NCBI GenBank assembly: GCA_001724245.1 | Contig: MEDX01000024.1 | Location: 1 to 42,893, forward strand | DNA length: 42,893 bases | DNA from: Fonticula-like sp. SCN 57-25 | Taxonomy: Eukaryota | Direction: 5' to 3' | Shown here: one piece after another, positions 24,400-36,409 of the stretch | Position numbering within the stretch: position 1 is the first letter of the stretch | Layout of the letters: the number at the start of each line of letters is the position of its first letter | Program-made: the position numbers and the translations under genes | The notes under the pieces: generated by a model | Seen by the model: the letters and a program-made list of their open reading frames with translations, nothing else | The model's database searches: none | What the model was told of the DNA's origin: nothing

Positions 24400-25458
24400 A
24401 TGGCGGATGCCCGGCGGGATGCCAACAAGCGCCTTTACCACAGGTTTCCGGTAAAAGGCCCGCAGCCTGTGGCGCCTGCCGTCACGCGGGTTGCTGAGGA
24501 GCGCCGGCCACCGCCGCCGTCCCACTCGGCCCCGCGGGCGTGCAACAACTGCAAGCACGCCCACCTCGCCTGCGATCACTCGCGGCCGTGCAAGCGCTGC
24601 GTCGGGCTCAACAAGGCCGACTCGTGCGGCGATCTCGAGCGCAAGAAGAGGGGGCGCCCGCGCCTTATTCGGCCACTGGACGTCAACGGTGAAGCGGTGG
24701 GCTCTGCTGCCTCGGGACCCGTTTTGATCGCCCCGGCGATGCCCGGCAGCATGCAGTCGTCATCGTCGCCGCCGGGGTCGCCCGACACGACCACATCGGT
24801 CCGCCCGTCGCCCGCCACCGCCGCAGACGACGTTCTTTCGCGCGCCTCGCCGGTCGAGTCGAGCGTCTACTCTGATCTGCTGTCGCTTTCCTCCTCTGTT
24901 TCGGCTTACTCCATTCCAGCGGCGCCCGCCGTGGCCGCCTTAAGTACCAACAACATGGTCGCCTTTGCCCCCTCGATGCGGTATGGCGGCAGCCCCGCCC
25001 CTCTGGGCGCCGAGTCTGCTTCTGCGCCCGGCCCCGCCGCCGAGCCCGTCGCCCCCAGCGCGTGGCTTTCGTGCAACGCGTACGGCCAGATCGTCAACAT
25101 GTCGCCCAACGTCCACGAGCTGCTCGGGGAGCGCTTCCAGCACGCCGACATTGCGTCGCTCGTGCATGAGAGGGACCGCTCAAACTTTGAGGCCATGTGG
25201 CGGGCAGCGGCTGCCGGGTCGCCGCACAAGGGCGCCGTGCACTTTCGCACGAGCCAAGGGAAAGTTGCACTCTTTGATGTGGAGGTCAGCTACGTGGCCG
25301 GTGAGGGGGTCAACATCCGCTTTGCAAAGTTTACGCACCAGGGGCTGAACCACTACCCGACATGCATAGAGCATGCGCTGCCGACCATCCTGTCGCCGAC
25401 CGCTGTGCAGTCGCCGAGGCTTTCGTGGAAGATGTCGGCACCCACGACGTGGATCTGA
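24400..25458 (+). CDS. Zn(II)2Cys6 transcription factor with C-terminal PAS-like domain (Ert1/AcuK/AcuM-like)
   Basis: CNNCKHAHLACDHSRPCKRCVGLNKADSC followed by RKKRGRP. PAS-like GQIVNMSPNVHELLG...SLVHERD. Probable 5'UTR intron at ~24240-24376. Confidence 0.85.
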   Translation: MADARRDANKRLYHRFPVKGPQPVAPAVTRVAEERRPPPPSHSAPRACNNCKHAHLACDHSRPCKRCVGLNKADSCGDLERKKRGRPRLIRPLDVNGEAVGSAASGPVLIAPAMPGSMQSSSSPPGSPDTTTSVRPSPATAADDVLSRASPVESSVYSDLLSLSSSVSAYSIPAAPAVAALSTNNMVAFAPSMRYGGSPAPLGAESASAPGPAAEPVAPSAWLSCNAYGQIVNMSPNVHELLGERFQHADIASLVHERDRSNFEAMWRAAAAGSPHKGAVHFRTSQGKVALFDVEVSYVAGEGVNIRFAKFTHQGLNHYPTCIEHALPTILSPTAVQSPRLSWKMSAPTTWI

Positions 25459-26022
25459 GGCGAGCGGAGTGGCTTTGATGATCGGGAACACCGCGCATCC
25501 AGCGCTACAAATCATATAAATAATGATCTAGTTACATGCATTGCGCTTTTGGCATTTTATGGCTGCTTTCGTCTCCCTCTTTGATATTTGACGTGATATT
25601 TTGCAAGGCATTCGTGCTCTAATTTTTGTACGGCAGCATTGTTTCGTTTTGTATTCTGTTTAGTGTTTCTCGTCTAGTGTCAAACTATTTATTGACTTAC
25701 GCCATTTCGACGACCCGGCAATGTGGCCGGGTCCACGTTAATGAACATTACAATGAACGTGGTCCCCATTGAAATCTCTATTTGCACATTACGGCCGCCA
25801 GGCCAGTTGTTATAATTTTAGTAGAAACACGGTTTTGCTGTATAAAGAGCCGCTGGACAGGTAAAGAAAGAGGCATAATGTGCAAGTTCGCTTGCCTTTT
25901 TGTGACCGTGGGCCATCTTTTTTGTTCGAACATCAGCCGAAATTACTTGCTTTCGCGGCCCTTGAGCGGCCTTTTATTGCAAACACAAAACGAAAAACAA
26001 CTGCGGCCCATTGCGTGAGCGC

Positions 26023-27734
26023 CTACACCTTGACCGTGTGGAGGAACGAGCTGAGGTCCATGAGCGCGTCGAGCTTCTCCTGCTCCGAGTTGAGCTGCGT
26101 GCGGACAAAGTGGTCGAGCGCCATGTGGAAATCGGTCGCCTTCTCCTTGCTGAAGCGCTCAAACTCGCAGGCAATGTCGCGCCTGAACGCCTTGTACTGC
26201 GCCTGCAGCTCCTTCTGGCGGTCCTGCAGCTTCTCGACGTCGGCCGACGCGGCCAGGTACTCGGCCGACGCCTCGCTAAACTTCTTGCCGAGCTTCTCGA
26301 GGCCCTCAACGGCCTTTTGCGTCGCCTTGATGCTGTTGTCAACCTCGGACAGCAGCTCGGTGCGGTTGTTGAGCAGCTGCTTGAGGGCGTCCACGCTGTT
26401 GCGGTAGTCGAGCAGGATGTCGCCGAGGTGGAAGACCTCCTCGCGCGCCTGGTGGCGGTGCGTCGTCTCCTGGGCGGCGCCAAACTCGTTCACGCGCGTC
26501 AGGATCTCGCCGACCTTGTCGCCGTTCTCAAAGCCAGAGAAGGAAGAGAAGGCGGTCGCAAGGGCCTTGCCGAGCTCTGGAAAATAGCCAAGTTAGGAAA
26601 CATAATAACTGTGGGAATGATTAAAGGAGAATAATGTTGGGAACAGCAAAGAAAGTCGGTACAAATGCAATGTTATACACGTTATGAACACAAGATAAAG
26701 GTAAAATGGGGGAAAAGGCACCAAAAGTACACAGAAAAAACAAAATGTGCACCAAGACGAGCGTAAGGCAAACGAAGAGTACCGTAAACAGGTAACAAGT
26801 ACATAATACGCAAAATACAATAGTGAGTGACGTACGGCCCCTGTGACGGATGCACCCGCCGATCTGGTCGAGGGCGATCTTAAAGTCACGCTCGGACTGG
26901 AGCACAAACATGCGGCGCTTCTCAAAGTCCATGTCGTCCTCGTCGTCGTGGAAGGCCGTCGGGCGGTACAGGCGGATGCCGTGCTCCTGCTTGAGCGCGC
27001 TGAGGAGCGCCTTGGCGCCCATCTTCCTCCCGTCGTTGCTCTCATTCTGCGGCTAAAGGAGAATCTAGCGTCAGCCATCACAAACGCGCGCCAGTCAGAT
27101 CGTACCAGGCCGCTCGTGAGGAAGGTGCGCAGCTCCTCGTCGGCGACAAAGGAGGGGCGCGACGCGACGCGAACGAGGAACCGGTCCAGCTGGCGGCGCT
27201 TCTTCTCGACGTACTCCTTGTCGGAAAGGGACGACGCGGTGGGCGCCTGCCAAAGATGGATGAGGAAAAAGCAAAAAAAAAGGGGAAAGAGCGCACGTCG
27301 GGGAGCACAGGGACAATCTCGTTCTTGTGGTTCTCCACGAGCTTCTGCTGAAGCCAGCTCAGCTGCTGGTGGGTGCGCATCACGGTCGAGCTCTTGCCCT
27401 TGCCATCCTCCTGAACAGAGAGAAGCAGAAAGAAAAAGGATAAAAAAGCAAGGGCAAAATAGCAACAACAACAAGAAGATACATAAAGAAAAAACATGAA
27501 AAAGGGGAAACGGGTCGGTTAGCGGATGTCTTTCAGGCACGCCCTGCTCGTACGCGGAACTCGGACACGATCTTGAACTGAACAGACTTGTTGTCGTCGC
27601 CGGGGAGAATGTCCGACACGGAAATAACGAGCGCGCTCTCTACCAAAACAAATAAAGCAACAGTACTGTTAGCAGGCCCGATCTGAGCGCCAAGGAAGGA
27701 AGCCGAGGGGCGCACCAACAGCCTCGGACGACAT
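26023..27734 (-). CDS. PX-BAR sorting nexin (SNX5/6- or Vps17-like)
   Basis: VMRTHQQLSWLQQKL..IVPVLP, RRQLDRFLVRV..LRTFL, and a C-terminal coiled BAR region (EFERFSKEKATDF). Five introns. Confidence 0.8.
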
Positions 27735-28018
27735 GGTGATTGCCCTGGTGTAAAAGTTGAAAGACTGAATCCAAAACAGCCGATTCAGGGGCAGACTTTA
27801 TTCTTGCCAGAATCAATGAGTATGGAATAGGGACTTTCCAAAGTTGCTCAAGAACTAATAATGTGGGAGGCACACAGGACACTATGCACAAGATGTAGTT
27901 GCGCGGTACGGTTGCTGTGGAAAGAGGAACGATGAAAATTCGGGGGTAGACTTTATTATACAACTAATTGTCAAATTCCGTGGGTCCAAATCGAAGAAGA
28001 ATGCAAAACACGAGGCAA

Positions 28019-29113
28019 CTATGACTTCGTTGGCGCGGTCCCGTCCTTTTCAAGCACCCTATCGTTCAAATAAGAGTCCCTGTGCTGCATCATTGCAACA
28101 AACGGCTCTACAAAAATCCCACTTGCCCGCTCGCACATCTCGTCACACGTGAGCACCGTCGTGATCATCGCGCCACCGAGTCTGGGAAAGGACGACTCAT
28201 ACGCGTTGGCCCTGAGCTCGCGCCCCTCCCTGTGCAGCACAATGTGCGCGCCGCCAAAGTAGGTCGGCAGGACCATGGGTCCGCCCTGAATGGAAATGAA
28301 CCGCGTCGAGCGCGAGTTCGCCGAAATCTGCGCGAGGTTCATTTCGCCAGGCAGATCTTGTAGAACAAGGACCGACCCTGGCGCCGTGTTGTTGAGCGCC
28401 CACTCGCGCACAAACGCATGGTCCTCAAACGGCCACGCGGGCTGGTCGTCGCCGCCGGACGTCTTGTTGAGCACGACGCGGCTGTAGAGCACCGTGAAGC
28501 GGGGCGAGAGCAGCTCGAGCAAACGGGCGAGGCACGGCAGGTCGATCGTGTTGATGGGCGCATGCGACCACTCGGTCGTGTGCTTGTTGTGGATGACGAC
28601 GAGCGGGCGGAGTGCAAGCGCGCGCCAGTCGAGAGAGGTCGGCCAGCCAGGGGGCAGCGGGCGGTTCTGGTACTCGGCGCGCAGCGGCGGCGGGCGCCAG
28701 CGCGACCACTCGCTGTCGGCCCAGGCGCCCCACCACATGGGGAACCCGTGGTCGCTCTGCACCACCTTGCTGTCGCCGTACGAGCGGTGGCACTCAAACC
28801 TGTCTGTGTGGTTCGGAGAAAAGTAATAGTATGACGACATGATGCCGCAGCCGAGCGTGCTACGTAGGGCGCCCGTCGACCACAGATGGTACGCGTAGGG
28901 GAGCAGCGTCGTCAGCTCAAAGCCAAACTCGCCCTTGTAGGAGAGATCAACATAGGGAAGGTCAGCGGAGGAAAGGAAAGAAGGCGAGTGATCGCGGTCG
29001 GAGAGGTTGTGCAGATCAACCGGGTCGGGCAGGAACGAAGCGAGGAAAGAGACAAAGAGAAAGTAGACAAAGAGGAGTGAGAGGAAAAAGTAGAGGCGAA
29101 CGCGGCCGCTCAT
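28019..29113 (-). CDS. Intronless type II membrane protein, putative glycosyltransferase-like
   Basis: 364 aa ORF with an N-terminal signal anchor and motifs GEFGFELTTLLPYAY, VVIHNKHTTEW and RFISIQGG. Function is inferred. Confidence 0.6.
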   Translation of the reverse strand: MSGRVRLYFFLSLLFVYFLFVSFLASFLPDPVDLHNLSDRDHSPSFLSSADLPYVDLSYKGEFGFELTTLLPYAYHLWSTGALRSTLGCGIMSSYYYFSPNHTDRFECHRSYGDSKVVQSDHGFPMWWGAWADSEWSRWRPPPLRAEYQNRPLPPGWPTSLDWRALALRPLVVIHNKHTTEWSHAPINTIDLPCLARLLELLSPRFTVLYSRVVLNKTSGGDDQPAWPFEDHAFVREWALNNTAPGSVLVLQDLPGEMNLAQISANSRSTRFISIQGGPMVLPTYFGGAHIVLHREGRELRANAYESSFPRLGGAMITTVLTCDEMCERASGIFVEPFVAMMQHRDSYLNDRVLEKDGTAPTKS

Positions 29114-30018
29114 GACGGCGGCTTGGTCTCGCTGTTGGCCGAGGCGCGCTGCTTGGCAAGAATGCTCTCAAGGAAAAGCGCGTCGATGGCCGCCTGCGCG
29201 TCGCTGTGCTTATCTGCCTCCTTCCCGAGATGCTTCTGCGCGTGGTCATCTAAGGGGCAGGGCACATGTTAACCGACGAACAGGAAAGAGGGGAAACGAA
29301 ATAAAGGGCCGCGCGTACGAAAACCGGACACGTGCATCGTCGCCTCCATGAGCGAACCAAAGAGGATGCCGGCGCCAAAGACGCGCGAGTAGTACACCAG
29401 CTGCGACATGATGCCCGCGTGCTATGCAACTTTGGCAACCCTGCCACAATGCTGTCAGATGCGGAAAAAATCTGCTCATGATCGGAAAAGGGACGAATGC
29501 AACTTTGCAACGGCGAGTGCAATACGAATAATTGAATGGTTGTGGCGGTGGTTGGACAACAAAAGGAGAGTGCAACTAAAAAATATTCGGAATTGAGTTG
29601 TTTTTGCGGTTTGGTCGTGGAATGTTGCTTTGCGTACGCGAAATGGGCCGATTTACAAGTTGTACGAAGGGCCATAACAACCACAGAGGCACGCGCACGC
29701 GCGAGGCGCCTTGTACACGACGAGCGTGTCTCACACTGTCGTCATCTGCATGTTACGCACGGCGTAACTCGCTTGTTACCTTTAAGCTTGCGCGGGTCTG
29801 CACGGGTGGGTCTAGAAAAATTGTCCATGCCGCCAGTCGGTACAAGGCAGAGCCACAGTCCATGGCAAAATTTCCTTACCAACCTAGCCCATAGCATGAC
29901 TTGTACATTGCACACTATTCGGCCTCTTTACTGAGTCATCTTTTCTTTCGCTTGCGGTGTTACACAAGCCTGGTCTCGAACTTATTGAAGCGACGATGGC
30001 CGGCTCACCCTTTGCTCG

Positions 30019-30060
30019 ACCAATCAGGACAGTCTTGTCAAAAGAATGCACCAATCAGGA
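30019..30060 (+). promoter_or_regulatory. Tandem CCAAT boxes upstream of RapGAP gene
   Basis: ACCAATCAGGA at 30019 and 30050 (31 bp apart), about 150-190 bp before the ATG at 30213. Confidence 0.55.
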
Positions 30061-30212
30061 TTCGCTTTAGACACAAACAACGCGCGGCCAAACAACGTTT
30101 TGGACGCGGTCGTCGTCGAGGTAGAGCATCCCGCAGGCGGGTGTACTTTTCTTGCCGATCGTTCAGTTCAAGCGCGAGTAGGCACGCGAAACCTACTGCA
30201 GCTCGCGTAAGG

Positions 30213-33200
30213 ATGAGCCAAACGCCACCACGGCGAAAGGCCGATGGTACGCCGGGCATTGCCGTCTTTCCTGATTGTCGGTTGTAAACTAACGTTGGGA
30301 AAAATCAGTGTCCATGACATGGGCGGGCAAAGGCCCTTCGCCCGTCGTAAGCGGCGGCATGTCGCAGGAGCTTCGAGATCGTCTCGCGCGCCGTTCGGTC
30401 GCTCTAAACGGAGATGAAAGCCCAAAGGTACGCCGCCTCTCTTTTCCTTTGGGTTGTTGACCTTTCTGTGGAATGTGTAGGCGTCCAGTTTTGCGGCGTC
30501 CGCTCCTTTGCCGCCGTCGCTTTCGCCCTCGAAAAAGCCGTCGTTCACGGAAATGTTTGACCGCCCTTCCCCCGCGGCCTCGCCCGTCCCCCCTCCCCGC
30601 GTCAAGGTCGTTTCGGCGCCGGGATCGATTGGCCCGGCACGCACGCTGAGCCGCGCCGGTAGCTCCAACTTTGCCGGAAGCAACGGCAGCGCCGCTCAGT
30701 CCGCCGTTTCGTCCTTGCAGAGGAGCCCCACAATGCACTCTTCGTCTCCCTTGTCTACGTTTGCTGCGCCGATGCCGCTCGCTGGCGCCGAGGAGGACTT
30801 TTCGCCCGCTGCACTTGAGCGCCTCATGGCTGACGCGGCCACTCTGCTGGACGGCGCGATCATGACGAGCGGCCTCTTTGAGCGTCTTCGCGAGGCCGAC
30901 CGGTCGGAAGAGCTGCTTGCGGTGGACGACGCCGAGGCGCTGCAGCTTTCGACGTCGGCCATGTCACGCAAGGTGCGCTCGGGACGGCGCGTAAGCATCG
31001 ACGGCAATGACCCGACGGCCCCCGGCGGAAAGCCTGCCAAGGCGTCGTCCACGCCGGCTCTCGACACAATACCCGCCGAAGGGGCGAGCCCCAAGAAGCG
31101 CATTGTTTCGGCGAGCAGGCCGACGTCGACGGTCCGGCCAAAGTCGGCCGCGCGCCTGACGACGGCCTTTTCGATCGAGGACATTGAAAACTACATGAAG
31201 CAGATGGCCGCAAAGCTGAGCGAGATTGCAAAGCTGTGCGCCATCAGGACACGCGACGACATTCTGAATATGCAGACAAGTTTAATTTTATTCAATTTCA
31301 AGGTACCGGAATTTCTTTTTGAATTATTGGCTAAGAACAACCGCAGGAAATCTCCTCGATTGTGCTTGTGTTTCTCGAGCGTCTCGGTGCGCAGGTGGAC
31401 ACGAACGAGCTGTGCTCGACGTCCATCCAGCTCACCTCGATGGAGAGCACCGTGTCGGTCGGTCTGGCGGCCCTCAACCTGCGCGGCGACAAGGTGCGCA
31501 AAAGCTGAATATTTGCACGTTATCTGACAAAAGGTGTAGCCCAAGTATGGCGAGGACCTCAAGCGCGCCATCATTGACCTTTTGGCGGCCACCAAGGCCG
31601 TCGCGCAAGCCTATATTGTCGCACAGTCCATCGTACGGCACATGGATATTATTTTTTCTTTCGTACTGACACATGTTCTTTTAGCAACAAAACCGCCTGT
31701 TTGTTGAAGCGCCTGGCTTTGTTGTCGAGGTGGGTCGCCTGGTCGCGCCCGCCGGCAACTCTGCCGCTCTCCAGCAACTCCACCGCATGTCATACTCGTT
31801 CTCTGCATCGGCCTCTGTCGTGTCCAACGCCGCGGCGCAGGCCCAGGCGGCCTCGGCGGCGTCTGTCGACTATGCAAACTACCGCCTCGAGCACATTGAC
31901 GAGGAGGCGACCTTTTACCGCAAGTTTTTTATTGGCACTGATCACCGCAATTATGTCGGGTTTGACGAGCGCGGGACGCCCGTGTGCGTGTCGATCAAGC
32001 GCGAGAGCGTGGCGGCTCGCGATGGCGCTGCTGAGGATGAGCAGGTCCAGTACCGCGCCATCTTTCGCACGCACGAGGGCGACATGCGCGCCGTCATCCC
32101 GGCAGAGTCCATCGCCACGGCAAAGCGCATCGGAAAAATGTCGTGGAAGGACATTGTGCGCGCGTGCAGCCCGAGCTTGAAGGCAGGCAAGTTGAGCAAT
32201 ATTGAGGATGGAAAGATTCATGATGAGCTGCTGCGATTGGACGAGCAGCGGACGATCAAGGCGTACAAGTTTGGCGTGCTGTACTGCCGCGGCGGCCAGC
32301 AGACAGAGGAAGACATGTTTGGAAATGGTGCGTGAAGTTTGTTGGTACCTGTTTCTTCTTTTTTCTACTTGCTTTGTGCTTATTCTGTGCTTATTTTCCG
32401 CATTTTTCGGTCTTGTATGCTCATTTTTTTCGCTTTTCAGAGAACGGATCTCCCGCCTTTGACCAATTTTTAAACTTTCTCGGCAAGCGAGTGCGCCTGA
32501 GCGAGCACACAAAGTTCTCTGGTGGCCTCGACACGCGCGGCACCAACACGACCGGCACGCACAGCGTGTACACCGAGTGGCGCGACTTTGAGGTGATGTT
32601 CCACGTGTCGACACTGCTGCCATTCGGCGCGACCGGCGAGGACCGCCAGCAGATTCAGCGCAAGCGCCACATTGGCAACGACATTGTCCTTATTGTCTTT
32701 ATGGACGGCAAGGGCCAGTACGACCCGCGCACCATCCGCTCGCAGTTCCTCCACACGTTCATTGTCGTGCAGCCTATCAAGCCGCTCACACCGGGCAAGC
32801 CGCGCTACCGCGTGTCCGTCGCGAGCAACGAGGACGTTCCGACGTTCGGGCCGAGCTTGCCAAAGCCGGCAGAGTTTGACCAGTCGGAAGAACTGCGCAA
32901 CTTTTTGTACTGCAAGCGTACGTTTTTGTGGTCATTATCGCTGCTTTGGCGCGCATGTGATTTTCTTTTTCTAACTTTGTGTCCCACAGTGATCAATGGT
33001 GAGAATGCCGCGTACATGGCGCCAAAGTTCCGCGACCCGCAGGCGCGCGCGCGCCGCTCAACGATCGAGTTCCTCGTCGAGTCCTTTAGCAATGCTGCCC
33101 TCCTTCAGTACGCCACTTGCACACTTTTCCTTTTTTTGCTGACACCCTTTCGCTTTGCAGAAAGGCCAAGACGCGCGAAAAGACGCTTGAGCGTCGCGAG

Positions 33201-33488
33201 GGCAAGGCGGCCGCCAAGGCTCTTGCCAAGGAGAACGCGCGCGCCGCCGCGGGAGCAAATGAGGGCGAGCCGCGCAAGACGAGCATGGGGTCCGTCCGGA
33301 GCGACAAGTCGCTGGGCGACGGCGCTTCGGCGGCGGGCATCGTGCCGAGCGACTCGGCCATCGACATTGACGAGCGCGTGCAGGTGAAAAACATTTTCCT
33401 GAGCGAGCAGCGCAAGCTGCTCATGATGTCGATCAGGAAGGCGGGGCGCGCCTTCATGGCCGACAACGCGGGAAGCGCCGCAAACTAG
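30213..33488 (+). CDS. Rap GTPase-activating protein (Rap/Ran-GAP domain)
   Basis: YKFGVLYC..QQTEEDMFGN, FLNFLG, GGLDT, EVMFHVSTLLP, QRKRHIGNDIVLIVF and INGENAA. Eight introns. Confidence 0.9.
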
Positions 33489-33857
33489 CAGGATTTTCTC
33501 AAGGATATGAAACAGCAAGCAGCAGATTCGCAGCAGCAGCAGTGGGCGGAAAGCGCCCCTTTTATATGTTTTTATCGCATTTTTGCTTGACTATTTTCTG
33601 CCAGTCGTGCGGCGCCCGCATTAATTCCCGCCGGGCATCGTACGCTTCTATATTGTCGTTGTTGTTACTGTTTCTGTTGTTGTTGATGGTCAAGCCGGCC
33701 CCTTTTTGTGAACTGTGTTCCATTGCGGCCCGCCTCCACGATGCCCGCACCCGATCTATGTACTATAATCGCAAACGCTGCAATGAATATTTTTTGCCAA
33801 TTTTTGTCCCATTTTTGACCACTTTTTACCTATTCATTGTGCCTATACAAATTCGAC

Positions 33858-34795
33858 TCAGATGCGGGCGAGGATCCAGTCGCGGTACCCGCCGATGACC
33901 TCCTCCTTACCGATCTCGTTGTGCAGCTCGTGCCGATAGTCCTCGTAGCTCTTGTATTCCTTGTCGGCCGCGGCGACCTTGCCGAAAAACTCCTTGGACG
34001 CGGCGGAGCTCGTGAGCGTGTCGACGGTGCCGTGCGCCATGAGCATCGGCTTAGTGAACTCGTCGCCGACGAGCGTCTTGCCGGTGGTCAGTACGTAGTT
34101 GGCCGACCGCAGCGAAATGTAGCCGTGCACAAGGGGGTCCTTCTTGTAGTCCACCGCAACCTGCGGGTCGCGGCTGAGGAACTCGAGATCGAGGTCGTTC
34201 GCGACAGTAACGCGGTTAATGAATGGGACGACGGCGAGCAGCTTGCCGACAGCCACCTTGACGGCGTTCGGCTCGAACCCGACGCCGACAGCGGGCGCCG
34301 ACGCGATGAGGCCGGTAAAGTCGAGGCCGCTGCGGATGGACACAACGAGCGCGTTCAGGCCACCGAGGCTGTGGCCAAACTGGAGAACGATGTCAGATCG
34401 TGGGGGATGCCAGAGAGGGGCGTACGAAAAAGATCGGGACGGATTCAAAGCCCTTGCGCGCAATGTCGTAGACAAACTTAGAGTCGGCGAGGATGACGCT
34501 CTCGTCGCCGGCGTCGCCGCGCGTGCCGCTCGAGCGACCGTGACCGCGAAGGTCAAACGCCGTCACACGGACGCCGGCCTCGCTAAAGACCGAAAACACA
34601 TGCTTGTACCGGTTGCAGTGCTCGCCCAGACTACCAGGAACAGTAAGAGATCACGTAATAATTAAGGGCGAGACAGTACCCGTGGAAAGCAAGAAGGACC
34701 GCCTTGGGCGCCTCCGCCGTCGCCCACGTTTTCACATAGATCGACGCGCCGTCCGCGGTGTGGTGGAGCTCGCCGCCGTCCAGATCGGCCGCCAT
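33858..34795 (-). CDS. Monoacylglycerol lipase / lysophospholipase (alpha/beta hydrolase)
   Basis: FHGLGEH, DLRGHGRS, nucleophile GHSLGG, HGTVD and RHELHNE. Two introns. Confidence 0.9.
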
Positions 34796-34871
34796 GACTT
34801 CGATGGGGTGGTCAAAGCCGAAAACAATCGACCCCTGAGTCGGGTACAAACCAACCTCGGCCGCGGCAGAG

Positions 34872-36334
34872 ATGGCGGGCGCGGCGGGATCGGCCCGCGT
34901 GAGCGCCCAGCTGGGCGGCGAGGGGGTGGCGTTTGCGGGGGATCTGCTGACGTGCCATGTCACTGTTGAGGGTGTCGGCGCGGCGCTTACGCTTGGGCGA
35001 GGCCTTGCCCAGGTGGTGGGCCATGCGGTGTTTGACACGTCGGTGCGTGTTTTACGCCGTGCTCGCCGAGTGCTGACAGCCGTGTTACGGTAGCTTTTAA
35101 AGGAGAGCGCCTTTGTGAATATACCGATAGATGTGCGGACGGGCGACACTCTCCGGTCGTCTGACCGGTCCGCGTGCTTCTTTGCCACCCTGCCGGTCAC
35201 GATCTTTGACAGCCTCGTCGTCCTGCCGAGCCACCAACACCAATGTACGCCTGCCATCGCCCCTCGCCTACGCTAATGCGGCACGCACAGACACATTCAA
35301 GGCGGTTCTTCCAAGCACACTACCGCCGTCGCATCGCGGCCGCGCGCTACGGATATCCTACCGCGTCGTCATCACGGTTCACCGGGATGGCGCCAAGCCC
35401 GATGTGTTGATGGCGCCGTTCCGGCTGCTTCAAGCCGTCGCGGACAACGGCGCTACGCACGTCTTTGACTTTAAGACGCCGTGCCTTTTATCGTCGCAGT
35501 CGTGCATTGCATTTTCGCAGGACGAGTACACGCAGCGGCAAAAGCTGATGCAGCTACGCCTGGCCAACCCAGCGGCCGCGGCGCGCGTCCTTCGCAGCCC
35601 GGCATCGGAGGCCCCCGATGTACACGATCTCTTGCCGACCTTCAAGCCGCTCGCCACCCTCAACAATGTCAATTATATCGTCCAGAACGCCAGCGGGCAC
35701 CGTACGCCACGGCATATTTTGATGCCTGTACTTATTATGGCCGGCAGGCGTGTACAACATTTCGGCGCCCGACGGAACAGAAGTCGCGCGTCTCCTACTG
35801 ACGCACTCGTGCGTGCGCCTTGGCGACGTCTTTTCGTGCGTTGTTGCATTCACGTACGGCGCGCCGTGCGTGCATCTGTCGGTCTTTCTCGAGAGCGCCG
35901 AGGCGGCCGCGAGCGAGGAGGTGGCCGCCCGCACGGGCGACGCCGTCGCGCGACTCGGGCGGCAGGTCGCGTCACAGCACCACGAGCTCACGCCAAACGC
36001 GCGCGAAGTGGCCGCCGTGCTCGCCGTCCCGGTCCAGGCGAGCACGTCCTTTGAGACGTCGGCCGGTGCGCCCTCTTTTTATCTTTTGCAGATTTGCTAA
36101 CACATCCTACGTGCAGTCAAGCTGTCGTGGTCCGTGCGCGTCGAGATCGCCACTGCGCGCGGGGGCGTGCTGCAGCAGACAGCGGTGCAGCCGGAGGGCG
36201 CCGTCACGCGGTTCGCGCCGTCGACGAACGCCGACATCTTTTCGTGCTCGGCGCCAATCACTGTGCTTCCGACGAGCCCAGAGAACGCGCGCATCGGGCC
36301 GTCGATGCGCGAAATTACAATTGCATCCGCCTGA
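34872..36334 (+). CDS. RGP1: RGP1-like subunit of the Ric1-Rgp1 Rab6 GEF (arrestin fold)
   Basis: VAFAGDLLTCHVTV, LPSTLPPSHRGRALRISY, SFETS..KLSWSVRVE, FSCSAPITVLP. Four introns. Confidence 0.75.
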
Positions 36335-36409
36335 GTGCGCATTGTCATCATGTAAAGTGTCATAATAGAAATTGCCAATACTCAAAACACTCTATTGTAC
36401 AAACGACAT

